Below are positions 1-9,588 of a stretch of DNA of 55,681 nucleotides, in pieces. A program made the position numbers and the translations under genes. The stretch lies in sequence record SRR2962707_5123. One strand, 5' to 3'. The notes under the pieces were generated by a model, which saw nothing but the letters and a program-made list of their open reading frames with translations, did no database searches and had not been told where the DNA came from. Every line of letters begins with the position of its first letter. The stretch's first letter is position 1.

Positions 1-6
1 CATGAG

Positions 7-633
7 GTGATCCAGCATGCACTGAATCTAGGATACAAGACCATTTTTTTGCTAGGGCTGTCAATGGGAGGATGTCAAATGGTAAAATACCTTGGAGAAT
101 ACGATGTTGACCCAAGAATTATTGGCGCTTTTACTGTTTCAGTATCATGCGATTTACATGATACATCGCTAGAAGCAGAAAAACATTTAGGTGGATTTTA
201 TGCCAATAGGTTTTTGAACAAGCTTAAGGAAAGAGTGGCGGAGAAATCAAAATTGCATAATGAGCTTCATGATGTCGATTTACCTGCAATCAAAACATTT
301 GATCAATTTCATGAACAAGTTACTTGCAGGGTATTTGGCTATAAAAACGCAGAAGCGTTTTATGAATCTTCCTCAAGCATCAATTATTTTGATAAAATCC
401 AAACACCGGTCTTTATTTTGAATGCCATAAATGATCCACTTCTAGGGGACAAATGTTATCCCTTTGATAGCATCAAAGACCATCCGTTCATTTATATGGA
501 AACGCCGAAGCATGGTGGTCATGTAGGTTTCACCTTAAAAGGTATGGAGTATAGCTACATTGAATATGCTGCAGAACGCTTCATAAATGAGGTTATTCTT
601 TCTTCTTCTCAAACTTCAACGAAACCCCATTGA
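7..633 (+). CDS. YheT-family alpha/beta hydrolase, 5'-truncated by window edge
   Basis: GLSMGG nucleophile elbow, NAINDP (Asp) and GGHVGF (His) motifs. Confidence 0.85.
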   Translation: MIQHALNLGYKTIFLLGLSMGGCQMVKYLGEYDVDPRIIGAFTVSVSCDLHDTSLEAEKHLGGFYANRFLNKLKERVAEKSKLHNELHDVDLPAIKTFDQFHEQVTCRVFGYKNAEAFYESSSSINYFDKIQTPVFILNAINDPLLGDKCYPFDSIKDHPFIYMETPKHGGHVGFTLKGMEYSYIEYAAERFINEVILSSSQTSTKPH

Positions 634-1087
634 TGCAATAACGAAGGCCGGTAGGGGCAGGCCCGTCAGGGAAAACATGTCCCAAGTGACCGTCACATCT
701 GGAGCAAAGCACTTCTGTTCGTACCATACCATACGATCGATCACTTTCCTCTGCTACATTCACTTCATTGATTGGTTCATAAAAGGAAGGCCATCCTGTA
801 CCCGATTTAAACTTTGTTTTGGACGCGAAGAGTGGGAGACTGCAGGCAGAACATACATAAGTACCTTCTTCCTTGTTATTCAGAAGATCACTTGTAAATG
901 CGCGCTCAGTTCCTTTTTCACGCAAGACGTAATATTGCATATCCGTCAATTCTTTTTTCCATTCGGTTTCAGACTTCTCAATCTTATCTACCGCTAATGA
1001 TGCTGGTGTATTTTTGTCTTTGGAAGCGGTTTGTGCGCAAGCTCCTAAAGCGAAAACGATTAAAAGGGAATATGATAGGTACTTCAT
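593..1087 (-). CDS. msrB: Peptide-methionine (R)-S-oxide reductase with signal/lipoprotein leader
   Basis: GTERAF, CSAC/CSRC Zn ligands, GTGWPSF, HLGHVF, RYCING; hydrophobic N-terminus ending ALGAC. Confidence 0.95.
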   Translation of the reverse strand: MKYLSYSLLIVFALGACAQTASKDKNTPASLAVDKIEKSETEWKKELTDMQYYVLREKGTERAFTSDLLNNKEEGTYVCSACSLPLFASKTKFKSGTGWPSFYEPINEVNVAEESDRSYGMVRTEVLCSRCDGHLGHVFPDGPAPTGLRYCINGVSLKFEKKKE

Positions 1088-1156
1088 GAGGGATTTAAAC
1101 TTACTTGAGGCAAGATAAGTTTAGCATACCAATTCGATGGTCGGGGAGAAGACCAC

Positions 1157-1747
1157 TTAAGTCTTTTTAGAAGCTGCTAGCCAATTTTTGACTTTCGGCG
1201 GATCATAGTGAACCATCTGATCAAATAATCCTTCTATCGAGTCATGGATAAGTACCATTTTCGTATTGGTTTCCTTGATCAATTCATCTTCGAGCATTTT
1301 GTGAAAGAGTTGAATAAGTGCATCGTAATAACCTTTGTGATTCAAAACTCCGATAGGTTTTTTGTGAAGTCCTAACTGAGCCCAGGTTAGAATCTCGAAG
1401 AATTCTTCCATGGTTCCGAACCCACCGGGAAGGATGATGAAGCCATCCGCTAGCTCACTCATTTTGGTTTTACGTTCGTGCATGGTTTCGACTGTGATCA
1501 ATTTTGTGAGATCCTCATGTACGACTTCCTTCGTTTTTAGAAAATCCGGGATCACACCGTAAACTTCTCCTTTTTTGGCGATAGCACCATTTGCTACTGC
1601 TCCCATTAATCCGATTTTAGCACCTCCATAGACTATGTTGCATTTCTTTTGGGCAAGAAACCCACCCAGCTCATAGGCCATATCAAGAAATGATGCATCT
1701 TTTCCATCACTGGAAGCACAGAAAACGGCTATGTTTTTGAGTTTCAT
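1157..1747 (-). CDS. LOG-family nucleotide phosphoribohydrolase
   Basis: VFCASS, YGGA..GLMG, MHERK, PGGFGTMEE; start placed at ATG 1747 (MKLK). Confidence 0.92.
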   Translation of the reverse strand: MKLKNIAVFCASSDGKDASFLDMAYELGGFLAQKKCNIVYGGAKIGLMGAVANGAIAKKGEVYGVIPDFLKTKEVVHEDLTKLITVETMHERKTKMSELADGFIILPGGFGTMEEFFEILTWAQLGLHKKPIGVLNHKGYYDALIQLFHKMLEDELIKETNTKMVLIHDSIEGLFDQMVHYDPPKVKNWLAASKKT

Positions 1748-1760
1748 GATTGCAGAATAC

Positions 1761-2264
1761 CTAAATATTGAACCCAACTCCAACTTCTTCTTTGTATTGC
1801 TTTGCCATTACTCGGCTGATCTGAGCAATATGTCCCAGGTCATGTGCTACCCAGGTAGATAATAGATTTCTTAATGTTACCTCACCAAGCTCCGGATGAG
1901 TTCCTTTTAGCGAAAGGTCACTTGCTGAGATGTTCAGTGCTTTGAATTCCCTCAAGTTGGCCGATCGAAGCTGTGTGAATTCTTCCAGCAATTGATTCAA
2001 TGTTTTGTCCTTGCTCTCTTCGAATTGGGCAAATCGATCAAAAGGAGTGAAGGTTTGACCTTTTTTTTCCAGGATGATTTTAGTTCTTGGAATCCAGTCA
2101 GTTTTCTCACCATGAATGAGATGACCAACTACATCATACGGACTCCAGGTCTGATCTCCTTCATTAGGAATTGTCCATTCGTCAGAGAGATCTTTAAGTA
2201 AGCTGTTTAAAACGATAGGGGTGCGCTCGAGTATTTCGATCGCATTATCAAGGCTATACTCCAT
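1761..2264 (-). CDS. DinB-family protein, probably frameshifted near the C-terminus
   Basis: WSPYDVVGHL, GTHPELG and WVAHDLGH motifs; a family-like tail WVQYLGILQS lies in a shifted frame. Confidence 0.85.
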   Translation of the reverse strand: MEYSLDNAIEILERTPIVLNSLLKDLSDEWTIPNEGDQTWSPYDVVGHLIHGEKTDWIPRTKIILEKKGQTFTPFDRFAQFEESKDKTLNQLLEEFTQLRSANLREFKALNISASDLSLKGTHPELGEVTLRNLLSTWVAHDLGHIAQISRVMAKQYKEEVGVGFNI

Positions 2265-2278
2265 AGCCTAAAGATACG

Positions 2279-3475
2279 CTAACCCAGACGATCTATGGCC
2301 ATCTGTGCCACTCGCTCGCCAATGGCCAGTGAGGAAGTAGCGGCAGGCGAGGGGGCATTGCCCACGTTGATGAATTTTTCATGTTCAACCACCAAGAAGT
2401 CGTCAATCAGGCCTCCTTTGCGATCACAGGCTTGTGCGCGAACACCTGCTCCTCCTTTTACAAGATCCTTTTTCTGGATCTCCGGAATTAGTTCCTGCAA
2501 AGCTTTTGTGAAGGCTCCTTTGGAATAAGAGCGATACATTTCGCCCATGCCTGTTTTCCAGTATTTATAAGCCACACGCATGAAACCTGGGTAGAAAAGT
2601 GTCCCAAGCAATTCCTTCATGTTGACCTGATTCTTCTTATAACCTTCTCTAGCAAATGCAAGCACCGCATTAGGCCCTGCTTCAATACCACCATCAATGT
2701 GTCGGGTAAAATGCACTCCAAGGAATGGGAACTTCGGATCAGGAACAGGATAGATCAGGTTCTTCACCAGATGTTCTTTCTCCGGTTTGATTTTATAATA
2801 CTCACCGCGGAAAGGTACGATCTTGTAGTTGATCTTTGCCCCGGTAAGCTTCGCTATTTTGTCAGTGTAAAGTCCGGAGCAGTTGACCACCACACGAGTA
2901 GTCAATCGCTGGTTTTCAGTATGAACATGGATGAAACCTCGTTCTTCTTCGAATTTCACCAGCTTGTTGGACGAATGGATTTCACCTCCAAAGTGCTTGA
3001 ATTTCTCAGCGTATTTATCCGCTACTACTTTGTAATCGATGATGCCTGTTTGAGGAACGTAAAGGCCACTTACACCATTAACATGTGGCTCGTATTCTTT
3101 AAGTTCTTCTACGCCAAGCTTTTTGATGTCTTTTAATCCATTGGCATTGCCTCGTTCATAAAGCGTATTTAGGGCATCCAATTGGAAGTCGTTGGTTGCA
3201 ACTACGATCTTTCCACACAGCTCGTAAGGGATTTCTTCTTCATCACAGAAGTTGAGTAGCATGTTGTATCCATCAACGCAGTTTTTGGCTTTGAAGCTGC
3301 CTGGTTTGTAGTACAGGCCAGAGTGTATAACGCCGCTGTTATGGCCGGTTTGATGCTGAGCGATGGTTCGCTCTTTCTCAACGACAGCTACTTTGTAGTT
3401 AGGATTCTTCTCTTTGATCTTAAGTGCGGATGCAAGCCCAACAATACCTCCGCCGATCACAACAACATTATACAT
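2279..3475 (-). CDS. lhgO: L-2-hydroxyglutarate oxidase
   Basis: GGGIVG FAD motif, HQTGHNSGVIHSGLYY, PFLGVHFT, NAPSPAATSS; start at ATG 3475. Confidence 0.93.
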   Translation of the reverse strand: MYNVVVIGGGIVGLASALKIKEKNPNYKVAVVEKERTIAQHQTGHNSGVIHSGLYYKPGSFKAKNCVDGYNMLLNFCDEEEIPYELCGKIVVATNDFQLDALNTLYERGNANGLKDIKKLGVEELKEYEPHVNGVSGLYVPQTGIIDYKVVADKYAEKFKHFGGEIHSSNKLVKFEEERGFIHVHTENQRLTTRVVVNCSGLYTDKIAKLTGAKINYKIVPFRGEYYKIKPEKEHLVKNLIYPVPDPKFPFLGVHFTRHIDGGIEAGPNAVLAFAREGYKKNQVNMKELLGTLFYPGFMRVAYKYWKTGMGEMYRSYSKGAFTKALQELIPEIQKKDLVKGGAGVRAQACDRKGGLIDDFLVVEHEKFINVGNAPSPAATSSLAIGERVAQMAIDRLG

Positions 3476-3543
3476 AAACCTGAGTGATAACGTGGGCAAA
3501 TATCGCCTCTACTTTTCGGAAGGTGAAAAAAAATTGAACTTGG

Positions 3544-3906
3544 TTAATTAGAATGCTGTAATTCCTGCTGCTCAGCCTCTGTGAACAGCCGGGAACGAAT
3601 CATGAATCTCACACCCAGGGGAATCTCAAGGGAGAAGCTGGCACCTCTACCGGGAACTACATCAACCGTGATTTGTGTATGCTTCCAGTATTCAAACTGG
3701 TCTTTTGACATGTAAAATTTGCATCCATGAATTTCTCCCAGATATACATCAGAATCGTCAAGCAAGAGCTCGCCTTCCTCAAAGCACATAGGGGAGGAGC
3801 CATCGCAGCATCCACCACTCTGATGAAAAATCAAAGAGGCATGCTGTTGCCGAATTTGATCGACAACAGCTTTTGCTTCTTCACTTATTAAGACTCTATC
3901 AACCAT
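3544..3906 (-). CDS. DUF779-family protein
   Basis: FHQSGGCCDGSSPMC and PGRGASFSLE signature; follows the aldehyde dehydrogenase gene. Confidence 0.9.
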   Translation of the reverse strand: MVDRVLISEEAKAVVDQIRQQHASLIFHQSGGCCDGSSPMCFEEGELLLDDSDVYLGEIHGCKFYMSKDQFEYWKHTQITVDVVPGRGASFSLEIPLGVRFMIRSRLFTEAEQQELQHSN

Positions 3907-3908
3907 TT

Positions 3909-5432
3909 TTAGAAGAATCCTAGTGCGTTCTTATCATAAGAGATCAGCATGTTCTTGGTCTGACGATAGTGTGACAACATCATCTTGTGTGTTTCTCTTC
4001 CGATACCTGACTTTTTATATCCACCGAATGGCGCATGGGCAGGGTATGCATGGTAGCAATTAACCCAAACACGTCCGGCTTTGATCTCGCGTGATATTTT
4101 ATAAGCCTGATGAGTGTCTCGAGTCCATACTCCTGCGCCTAGACCATAAAGGGTATCATTTGCAATTTCCAGTGCTTCAGCTTCGTCCTTGAAGGTGGTC
4201 ACACAAACAACAGGGCCAAAGATTTCTTCCTGGAATACACGCATTTTGTTATTGCCTTTAAGCAAGGTAGGCTCGATGTAGTATCCACCTTCCAGGCCTT
4301 CATTATAGGCAGCTTTTCCACCAGCCAGTACTTCACATCCTTCTTCTTTTCCAAGATCGATGTAGCTCAGGATTTTTTCATACTGATCATTGGAAGCTTG
4401 CGCACCCATCATAGTCGATGAATCCAATGGGTGACCCAATTTGATCGCTTTGGTTCGTTCAATGACCCGCTCAATGAACTTGTCATAGATGCTTTCCTGA
4501 ACCAGCATTCTGGAAGGACAGGTACAAACTTCTCCTTGATTAAGGGCGAACATCACAGCACCTTCCAGGCATTTATCAAAGAATTCGTCATCTGCATCCA
4601 TCACACTTTCAAAGAAGATGTTTGGTGATTTACCACCTAACTCTAGCGTAACAGGAATGATGTTTTTGGAGGCATACTGCATGATCAACTGACCTGTGGT
4701 AGTCTCTCCGGTGAAAGCGATTTTGTTGATTCGTGGGTTAGAAGCCAAAGGCTTACCTGCTTCCACACCAAATCCATTAACCACATTCAATACACCAGCC
4801 GGAATAATATCTTCAATCAGTTCCATCAGGATCAGGATGCCAACAGGTGTTTGTTCTGCTGGTTTCAGTACTACACAGTTTCCGGCAGCAAGAGCAGGAG
4901 CTACTTTCCAGGCTGCCATCAGTAATGGGAAGTTCCATGGAATGATTTGCCCAACTACGCCAAGAGGCTCAGGGATGTTCATGGAGACGGTATTGGAATC
5001 CAACTCGCTGGCAGTTCCTTCTTCGGCACGGATCACACCAGCGAAATAGCGGAAGTGATCGATTGCTAGTGGAAGGTCTGCAGCCATAGTCTCACGCACT
5101 GCTTTGCCATTGTCCCAGGTTTCAGCTCTGGCCAGAGCTTCAAGGTTTTCTTCCATGCGATCAGCGATTTTAAGAAGCATATTGCTTCGTTCTGTCACAG
5201 AGGTATAGTTCCATGTTCTGGCGGCATCCCAAGCCGCATCCATTGCCAACTCAATATCCTCAGCACTTGACCGTGCTACTTTGGTGAAAGAGTTACCGTC
5301 AACAGGTGAAATGTTTTCAAAGTATTCGCCTTTTACCGGGGCAACCCATTTGCCTCCAATAAAGTTGTCATACTGATTTTTGAACTTCGGCTTTTGCAAT
5401 GCCGCTTTCGATGTTGTTAAAGACTCGCTCAT
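3909..5432 (-). CDS. NAD-dependent aldehyde dehydrogenase (AldB/ExaC type)
   Basis: [38 protein letters not shown]. Confidence 0.96.
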   Translation of the reverse strand: MSESLTTSKAALQKPKFKNQYDNFIGGKWVAPVKGEYFENISPVDGNSFTKVARSSAEDIELAMDAAWDAARTWNYTSVTERSNMLLKIADRMEENLEALARAETWDNGKAVRETMAADLPLAIDHFRYFAGVIRAEEGTASELDSNTVSMNIPEPLGVVGQIIPWNFPLLMAAWKVAPALAAGNCVVLKPAEQTPVGILILMELIEDIIPAGVLNVVNGFGVEAGKPLASNPRINKIAFTGETTTGQLIMQYASKNIIPVTLELGGKSPNIFFESVMDADDEFFDKCLEGAVMFALNQGEVCTCPSRMLVQESIYDKFIERVIERTKAIKLGHPLDSSTMMGAQASNDQYEKILSYIDLGKEEGCEVLAGGKAAYNEGLEGGYYIEPTLLKGNNKMRVFQEEIFGPVVCVTTFKDEAEALEIANDTLYGLGAGVWTRDTHQAYKISREIKAGRVWVNCYHAYPAHAPFGGYKKSGIGRETHKMMLSHYRQTKNMLISYDKNALGFF

Positions 5433-5512
5433 AATGCAATTGATTTTAGGTTTTTGTAATTATTCAAATCGATATCCTTTTGATTGAAAAAATTTTAAAT
5501 CAGGACATTTTC

Positions 5513-5520
5513 CAAATGTA
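5513..5520 (-). promoter_or_regulatory. Bacteroidota -7 promoter box upstream of the aldehyde dehydrogenase
   Basis: TACATTTG on the minus strand matches TAnnTTTG; no clear -33 box. Confidence 0.45.
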
Positions 5521-5656
5521 TTTGTTGAGAAAATCATAATATTGAACGATCCTCCAGACCGATTGCACAATCCTATCAAAATTCGATTTGCCTTGGGTAA
5601 GTGTGTTAATTTGAGTAGGTTAACTCATTCATTTTAGATGAAGAACCCAAAAAAAG

Positions 5657-6577
5657 ATGGAACTACCCCAACGTTTTTTTGAGAGCCGAAAAATCGAAAA
5701 TATGGTTGAGAACCGCACAACCTATACGGTAGAAAGTGCGGAGCTCAATGTCTATGAAACGCACCATTATGCGGAGGAGGTAATCCTACAATTCCATAAA
5801 CCGGTGTTCGCAAGTATGATCGAGGGAAAAAAGATCATGCATCTTAGAGAGCAGGATCCGTTTGATTTTCTACCAGGGGAATCCATCATGATGCCTTCCA
5901 ATGAAATCATGAAGATCGATTTTCCGGAAGCAGCTATGAATAATCCAACAAGGTGTCTGGCTATGACTATTTCCCCGGATAAGATTGGTCGGATCATAGA
6001 TGATATGAACTATTCACTTCCACGAGTAAATCAGCGAGAGTGGCGAATGAGCGATGCGAATTTCACGTTTACCAATGATGTCGCCATTGCACAAATTATT
6101 CAACGACTGATTTTCTTGTTTGCTGAAAACCATGAATCGAAGGATGTATTTGTGGATATGATGCTAAGAGAGCTGATAGTTCGTGTGCTTCAATCGGAGA
6201 ACCGCAGGTCTTTGTTGAAGGGGAGCGAGGAACTATCTTCCTCTCATCGGTTGGCTTCAGTGATTGAATTCATCAAGCGGAACCTCCATCTTCAATTGAC
6301 GGTAGCAGAATTGAGTGAACATGCCTGCATGAGCGAATCGAATTTCTTCAAAGTATTTAAAAGTGAAATGGGCATCTCTCCGGTCCAATTCATTAACGAA
6401 GAACGAATTCGAAAAGCAGCTAGAATGCTTCAGGATCCGAATGTTCAGGTGAAGGAGGTGTATATGGCTTGCGGCTTTAATAATATCTCTTACTTCATCC
6501 GCACCTTCAAAAAAACCATCGAGTCTACTCCGGGAGAGTACCAGTTGGATTGGAATAAAGCCCTTCGAAATCTCTGA
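5657..6577 (+). CDS. AraC-family transcriptional regulator
   Basis: C-terminal double HTH (CMSESNFFKVFK...CGFNNISYFIRTFKK); divergent from the aldehyde dehydrogenase. Confidence 0.93.
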   Translation: MELPQRFFESRKIENMVENRTTYTVESAELNVYETHHYAEEVILQFHKPVFASMIEGKKIMHLREQDPFDFLPGESIMMPSNEIMKIDFPEAAMNNPTRCLAMTISPDKIGRIIDDMNYSLPRVNQREWRMSDANFTFTNDVAIAQIIQRLIFLFAENHESKDVFVDMMLRELIVRVLQSENRRSLLKGSEELSSSHRLASVIEFIKRNLHLQLTVAELSEHACMSESNFFKVFKSEMGISPVQFINEERIRKAARMLQDPNVQVKEVYMACGFNNISYFIRTFKKTIESTPGEYQLDWNKALRNL

Positions 6578-6579
6578 TC

Positions 6580-7059
6580 TTACTCAGGCCACTTGATCGT
6601 GTGCTCATCTTCGAACTGTGGCCCCCATTGAATTTCTTCCAGGATATCCTGATATAGCCAAAAATTCAGTCCGAGTTCTTCAGAAGCGATCAATAGCTGT
6701 TCAGGATTTTCCTCTGTAGACATGTCCTCTATTACCAAATCGTTGATTTTCAACAGATCCAATTCGTCCATTAACTCATCCTGACTAAGGCCAATGAGTG
6801 ACGAGCCTTTTAATTGATAATCTTCGGAAGAGACTGAAATGATGGTCAATCGCCAATCCTCAGCTTCTTCGAAACTCAAATCCAGACGAAGGGGATGATA
6901 TTCCCACGCGTCACTTCGATCGTCAGCATCTTCTCCATAGTGAGTGGTCTCAGAGTGGTCAGGCTCGCCAAGTATAGCTTTGACCTCATCTCGAGTCATG
7001 CCGAACTCAAGATTTCCCAGACCTACACCTGGTTTGATTTCTACCTGGATTTTTTCCAT
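6580..7059 (-). CDS. Hypothetical acidic protein
   Basis: 159-aa ORF filling the gap; N-terminal PGVGLGNLEFGMTRDEVKAILGEP motif. Confidence 0.75.
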   Translation of the reverse strand: MEKIQVEIKPGVGLGNLEFGMTRDEVKAILGEPDHSETTHYGEDADDRSDAWEYHPLRLDLSFEEAEDWRLTIISVSSEDYQLKGSSLIGLSQDELMDELDLLKINDLVIEDMSTEENPEQLLIASEELGLNFWLYQDILEEIQWGPQFEDEHTIKWPE

Positions 7060-7107
7060 GTGGTAAAGGTAGTGGGTGGTGAGGACTAAGGAAATAGAAT
7101 GTTGAAC

Positions 7108-7284
7108 TTAGGTGATAAGTGTATGAAGTGAGGTTACAACAAGGTAGACTCCAATTAAACCAATACTAATCGTGTCAATTCTGATGGCGGCATTACCTAA
7201 TCCTTTTCGTTTAATATTTTTGATAAAGATCCAGGTCATTCCGATCAATAGAGCTAAGCCTATAATTAGCATTAGGTATTCCAT
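7108..7284 (-). CDS. Small two-helix membrane protein (58 aa), absent from the ORF track
   Basis: Hand translation MEYLMLIIGLALLIGMTWIFIKNIKRKGLGNAAIRIDTISIGLIGVYLVVTSLHTLIT*; two hydrophobic segments with a basic loop. Confidence 0.7.
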   Translation of the reverse strand: MEYLMLIIGLALLIGMTWIFIKNIKRKGLGNAAIRIDTISIGLIGVYLVVTSLHTLIT

Positions 7285-7310
7285 TTGTTAGCATTTATTT
7301 GTTCATAAAT

Positions 7311-7343
7311 AATACGTGATAACACAGCGAACGATCACGTATT
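7311..7343. repeat. Perfect 10-bp inverted repeat with 13-bp spacer
   Basis: AATACGTGAT (7311-7320) and ATCACGTATT (7334-7343). Confidence 0.75.
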
Positions 7344-7566
7344 GAATAAATATTATTGGCTAAAGTGAAGTGTATCTGAATTACTTCGATTGCCCCTTCT
7401 TCCAGTAATGTGGGACAGACAGAAAATAAAGTATAACAAGTATAAATATCATCCATTCCATATTTTTAAAGATATTGGATTTTTGAAAAAATGTCTAATT
7501 CATTTAGCCCAGCATATGTTTGACATCTTAAAACACTAATAATCAAAATCCTTATCTTTCTCTTAC

Positions 7567-8346
7567 ATGGAACTCAATGAATTTATAACACGGGTAATCG
7601 TAATGAATCTGATGCGCTATTTCATAGTTGCAGGAATAGCCTTTCTGCTATTCTATGTCATTTTCAGACGTAAGTGGCTTTATAAGAAAATCCAGAACAC
7701 ATTTCCGAAAGGAAGTGATTATGCTCGAGAGATTATTTATTCCATGATAACGATTGTGGCTTTCGTGCTGGTGGCCTGGGTGGTGTACAGAACACCGTTT
7801 AATCAATTCGTGCTTAGGTATGATGAGATATCTGAATATGGCTTGGGTTATTGGACACTGAGTATTTTTCTGATGATTCTGCTTCACGATACCTACTTCT
7901 ATTGGATGCACAGATTCATGCATCATCCTGCCGTGTTCAAGCTGGTACATCTGATCCATCATAAATCCACTAATCCCTCACCATGGGCAGCATATGCTTT
8001 TCATCCAATTGAAGCCATCATTGAAGCGAGTATCATTTTTCCAATTGCATTATTAATTCCTTTTCACACCACAGCATTGCTCACCTTCCTGTTTTTCATG
8101 ATCATCTACAATGTATATGGTCATCTGGGTTGGGAGCTATATCCCAAAGGCTTTAACAAACATTGGTTGGGCAAATGGCTTAATACATCTGTCAATCACA
8201 ATCAACATCACAAGCACTTTGAGGGTAACTTCGGATTGTATTTTCTCTTTTGGGATCGCTGGTTGGGTACGATCAGGGAAGATTATGATGAAAGCTATGA
8301 GGAGACGGATGAGAAGAGGGCTGGAAAGACATCCAAAACCCTTTAA
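7567..8346 (+). CDS. Sterol desaturase / fatty-acid hydroxylase family membrane enzyme
   Basis: His boxes HRFMHH, HLIHH, GHLG, HNQHH; NFG..F.FWDR..GT tail; several TM segments. Confidence 0.93.
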   Translation: MELNEFITRVIVMNLMRYFIVAGIAFLLFYVIFRRKWLYKKIQNTFPKGSDYAREIIYSMITIVAFVLVAWVVYRTPFNQFVLRYDEISEYGLGYWTLSIFLMILLHDTYFYWMHRFMHHPAVFKLVHLIHHKSTNPSPWAAYAFHPIEAIIEASIIFPIALLIPFHTTALLTFLFFMIIYNVYGHLGWELYPKGFNKHWLGKWLNTSVNHNQHHKHFEGNFGLYFLFWDRWLGTIREDYDESYEETDEKRAGKTSKTL

Positions 8347-8370
8347 ATTTGATTACATTCAACATTAGCT

Positions 8371-9588
8371 ATGAAATACCTAACCTTATTGTCACTTATT
8401 CTTCTGCTTGCATGCAGCAATTCAGAGGAACCCATAGCCTGGAAATCCATTGAGGCGGATTTGCAAACCCTCTTCATTCAGGCACAAGACGGAGATACTA
8501 TCCGCATACCTGCAGGGAATTACATGTTTACCAAACCACTAATTCTTGATGGATTGGATTCTGTGGTAATTGAAGGAGCTGGCATAGATGAAACGATCCT
8601 TTCATTTCAACTACAGGAAGGAGGGGCTGAAGGTATTCGGGCTGCAAATTGCTCCAATCTCACATTTCAACATTTCACGATTCAGGATGCTCCTGGTGAC
8701 AATATCAAGGTAACAGATACTGATGGGATACGCTTTTACAAAGTGAAGTCAGAATGGACAGGTGAGCCAAGTGAAGACAATGGCGCTTATGCATTTTATC
8801 CTGTCTTGTGCAAGCAAGTCGTGGTTGAGGAATGCCTTGCAATCGGTTCGTCTGATGCCGGAATCTACGTTGGTCAGTCGGACAGTGTGCTGATTAGAAA
8901 TAATGAGGTGTATTTCAATGTGGCAGGCATTGAAAGCGAAAACAGCCGTTGGGTAGAGATTTATGGAAACAATGCCCATGACAATACTGGGGGCATTCTC
9001 ATTTTCGATATGCCGGGACTGACTCAAAGTGGCCATACGACACGTGTATATGATAATGATGTGATTAGCAACAACCATGACAATTTCGCTCCTGAAGGCA
9101 ATGTGGTAGGTGTGGTGCCTCCAGGTACAGGCATCATGATGATGGCCACCCGAAAGATTGAAGTCTTCAACAATCGTATTCACAACAACATGACCATTGG
9201 CACTGCCTTAGCTAGTTATGTGTTGGTGGAGGCGCTAGGAGCAGAGGAAGGCTCGCAACTGGATTCTGCCAATAACCGAATCAATCAGGAATATGATCCC
9301 TATCCGAATGAGATCTACTTTCATGACAATGAGTTCAAAAACACGCATTGGTTTCCAACTTTCAAAAATGACTTTGGATTACTCTTTCTGCGATACTTCA
9401 CATTTAACCTACCGGATTTTGCAATGGATGGAATCATGTCTCCAGACAAGGAATTTGTTATGTGCCTTAGCAATAACGGAGAATTCAACTTCGCAAACAT
9501 TGATGCAGAACATGAGTTCGAAAGGAGGACGACCGACTGGAGTAGTTATGCATGTGATGCTGGAGCCATTGATCCGATTTTCCAATGA
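8371..9588 (+). CDS. Parallel beta-helix lipoprotein (TIGR03805-like)
   Basis: Lipobox LLAC; GDTIRIPAG, NGAYAFYPV, SDAGIYVGQS, NVAGIESENS, NTGGILIFDMP. Confidence 0.88.
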   Translation: MKYLTLLSLILLLACSNSEEPIAWKSIEADLQTLFIQAQDGDTIRIPAGNYMFTKPLILDGLDSVVIEGAGIDETILSFQLQEGGAEGIRAANCSNLTFQHFTIQDAPGDNIKVTDTDGIRFYKVKSEWTGEPSEDNGAYAFYPVLCKQVVVEECLAIGSSDAGIYVGQSDSVLIRNNEVYFNVAGIESENSRWVEIYGNNAHDNTGGILIFDMPGLTQSGHTTRVYDNDVISNNHDNFAPEGNVVGVVPPGTGIMMMATRKIEVFNNRIHNNMTIGTALASYVLVEALGAEEGSQLDSANNRINQEYDPYPNEIYFHDNEFKNTHWFPTFKNDFGLLFLRYFTFNLPDFAMDGIMSPDKEFVMCLSNNGEFNFANIDAEHEFERRTTDWSSYACDAGAIDPIFQ

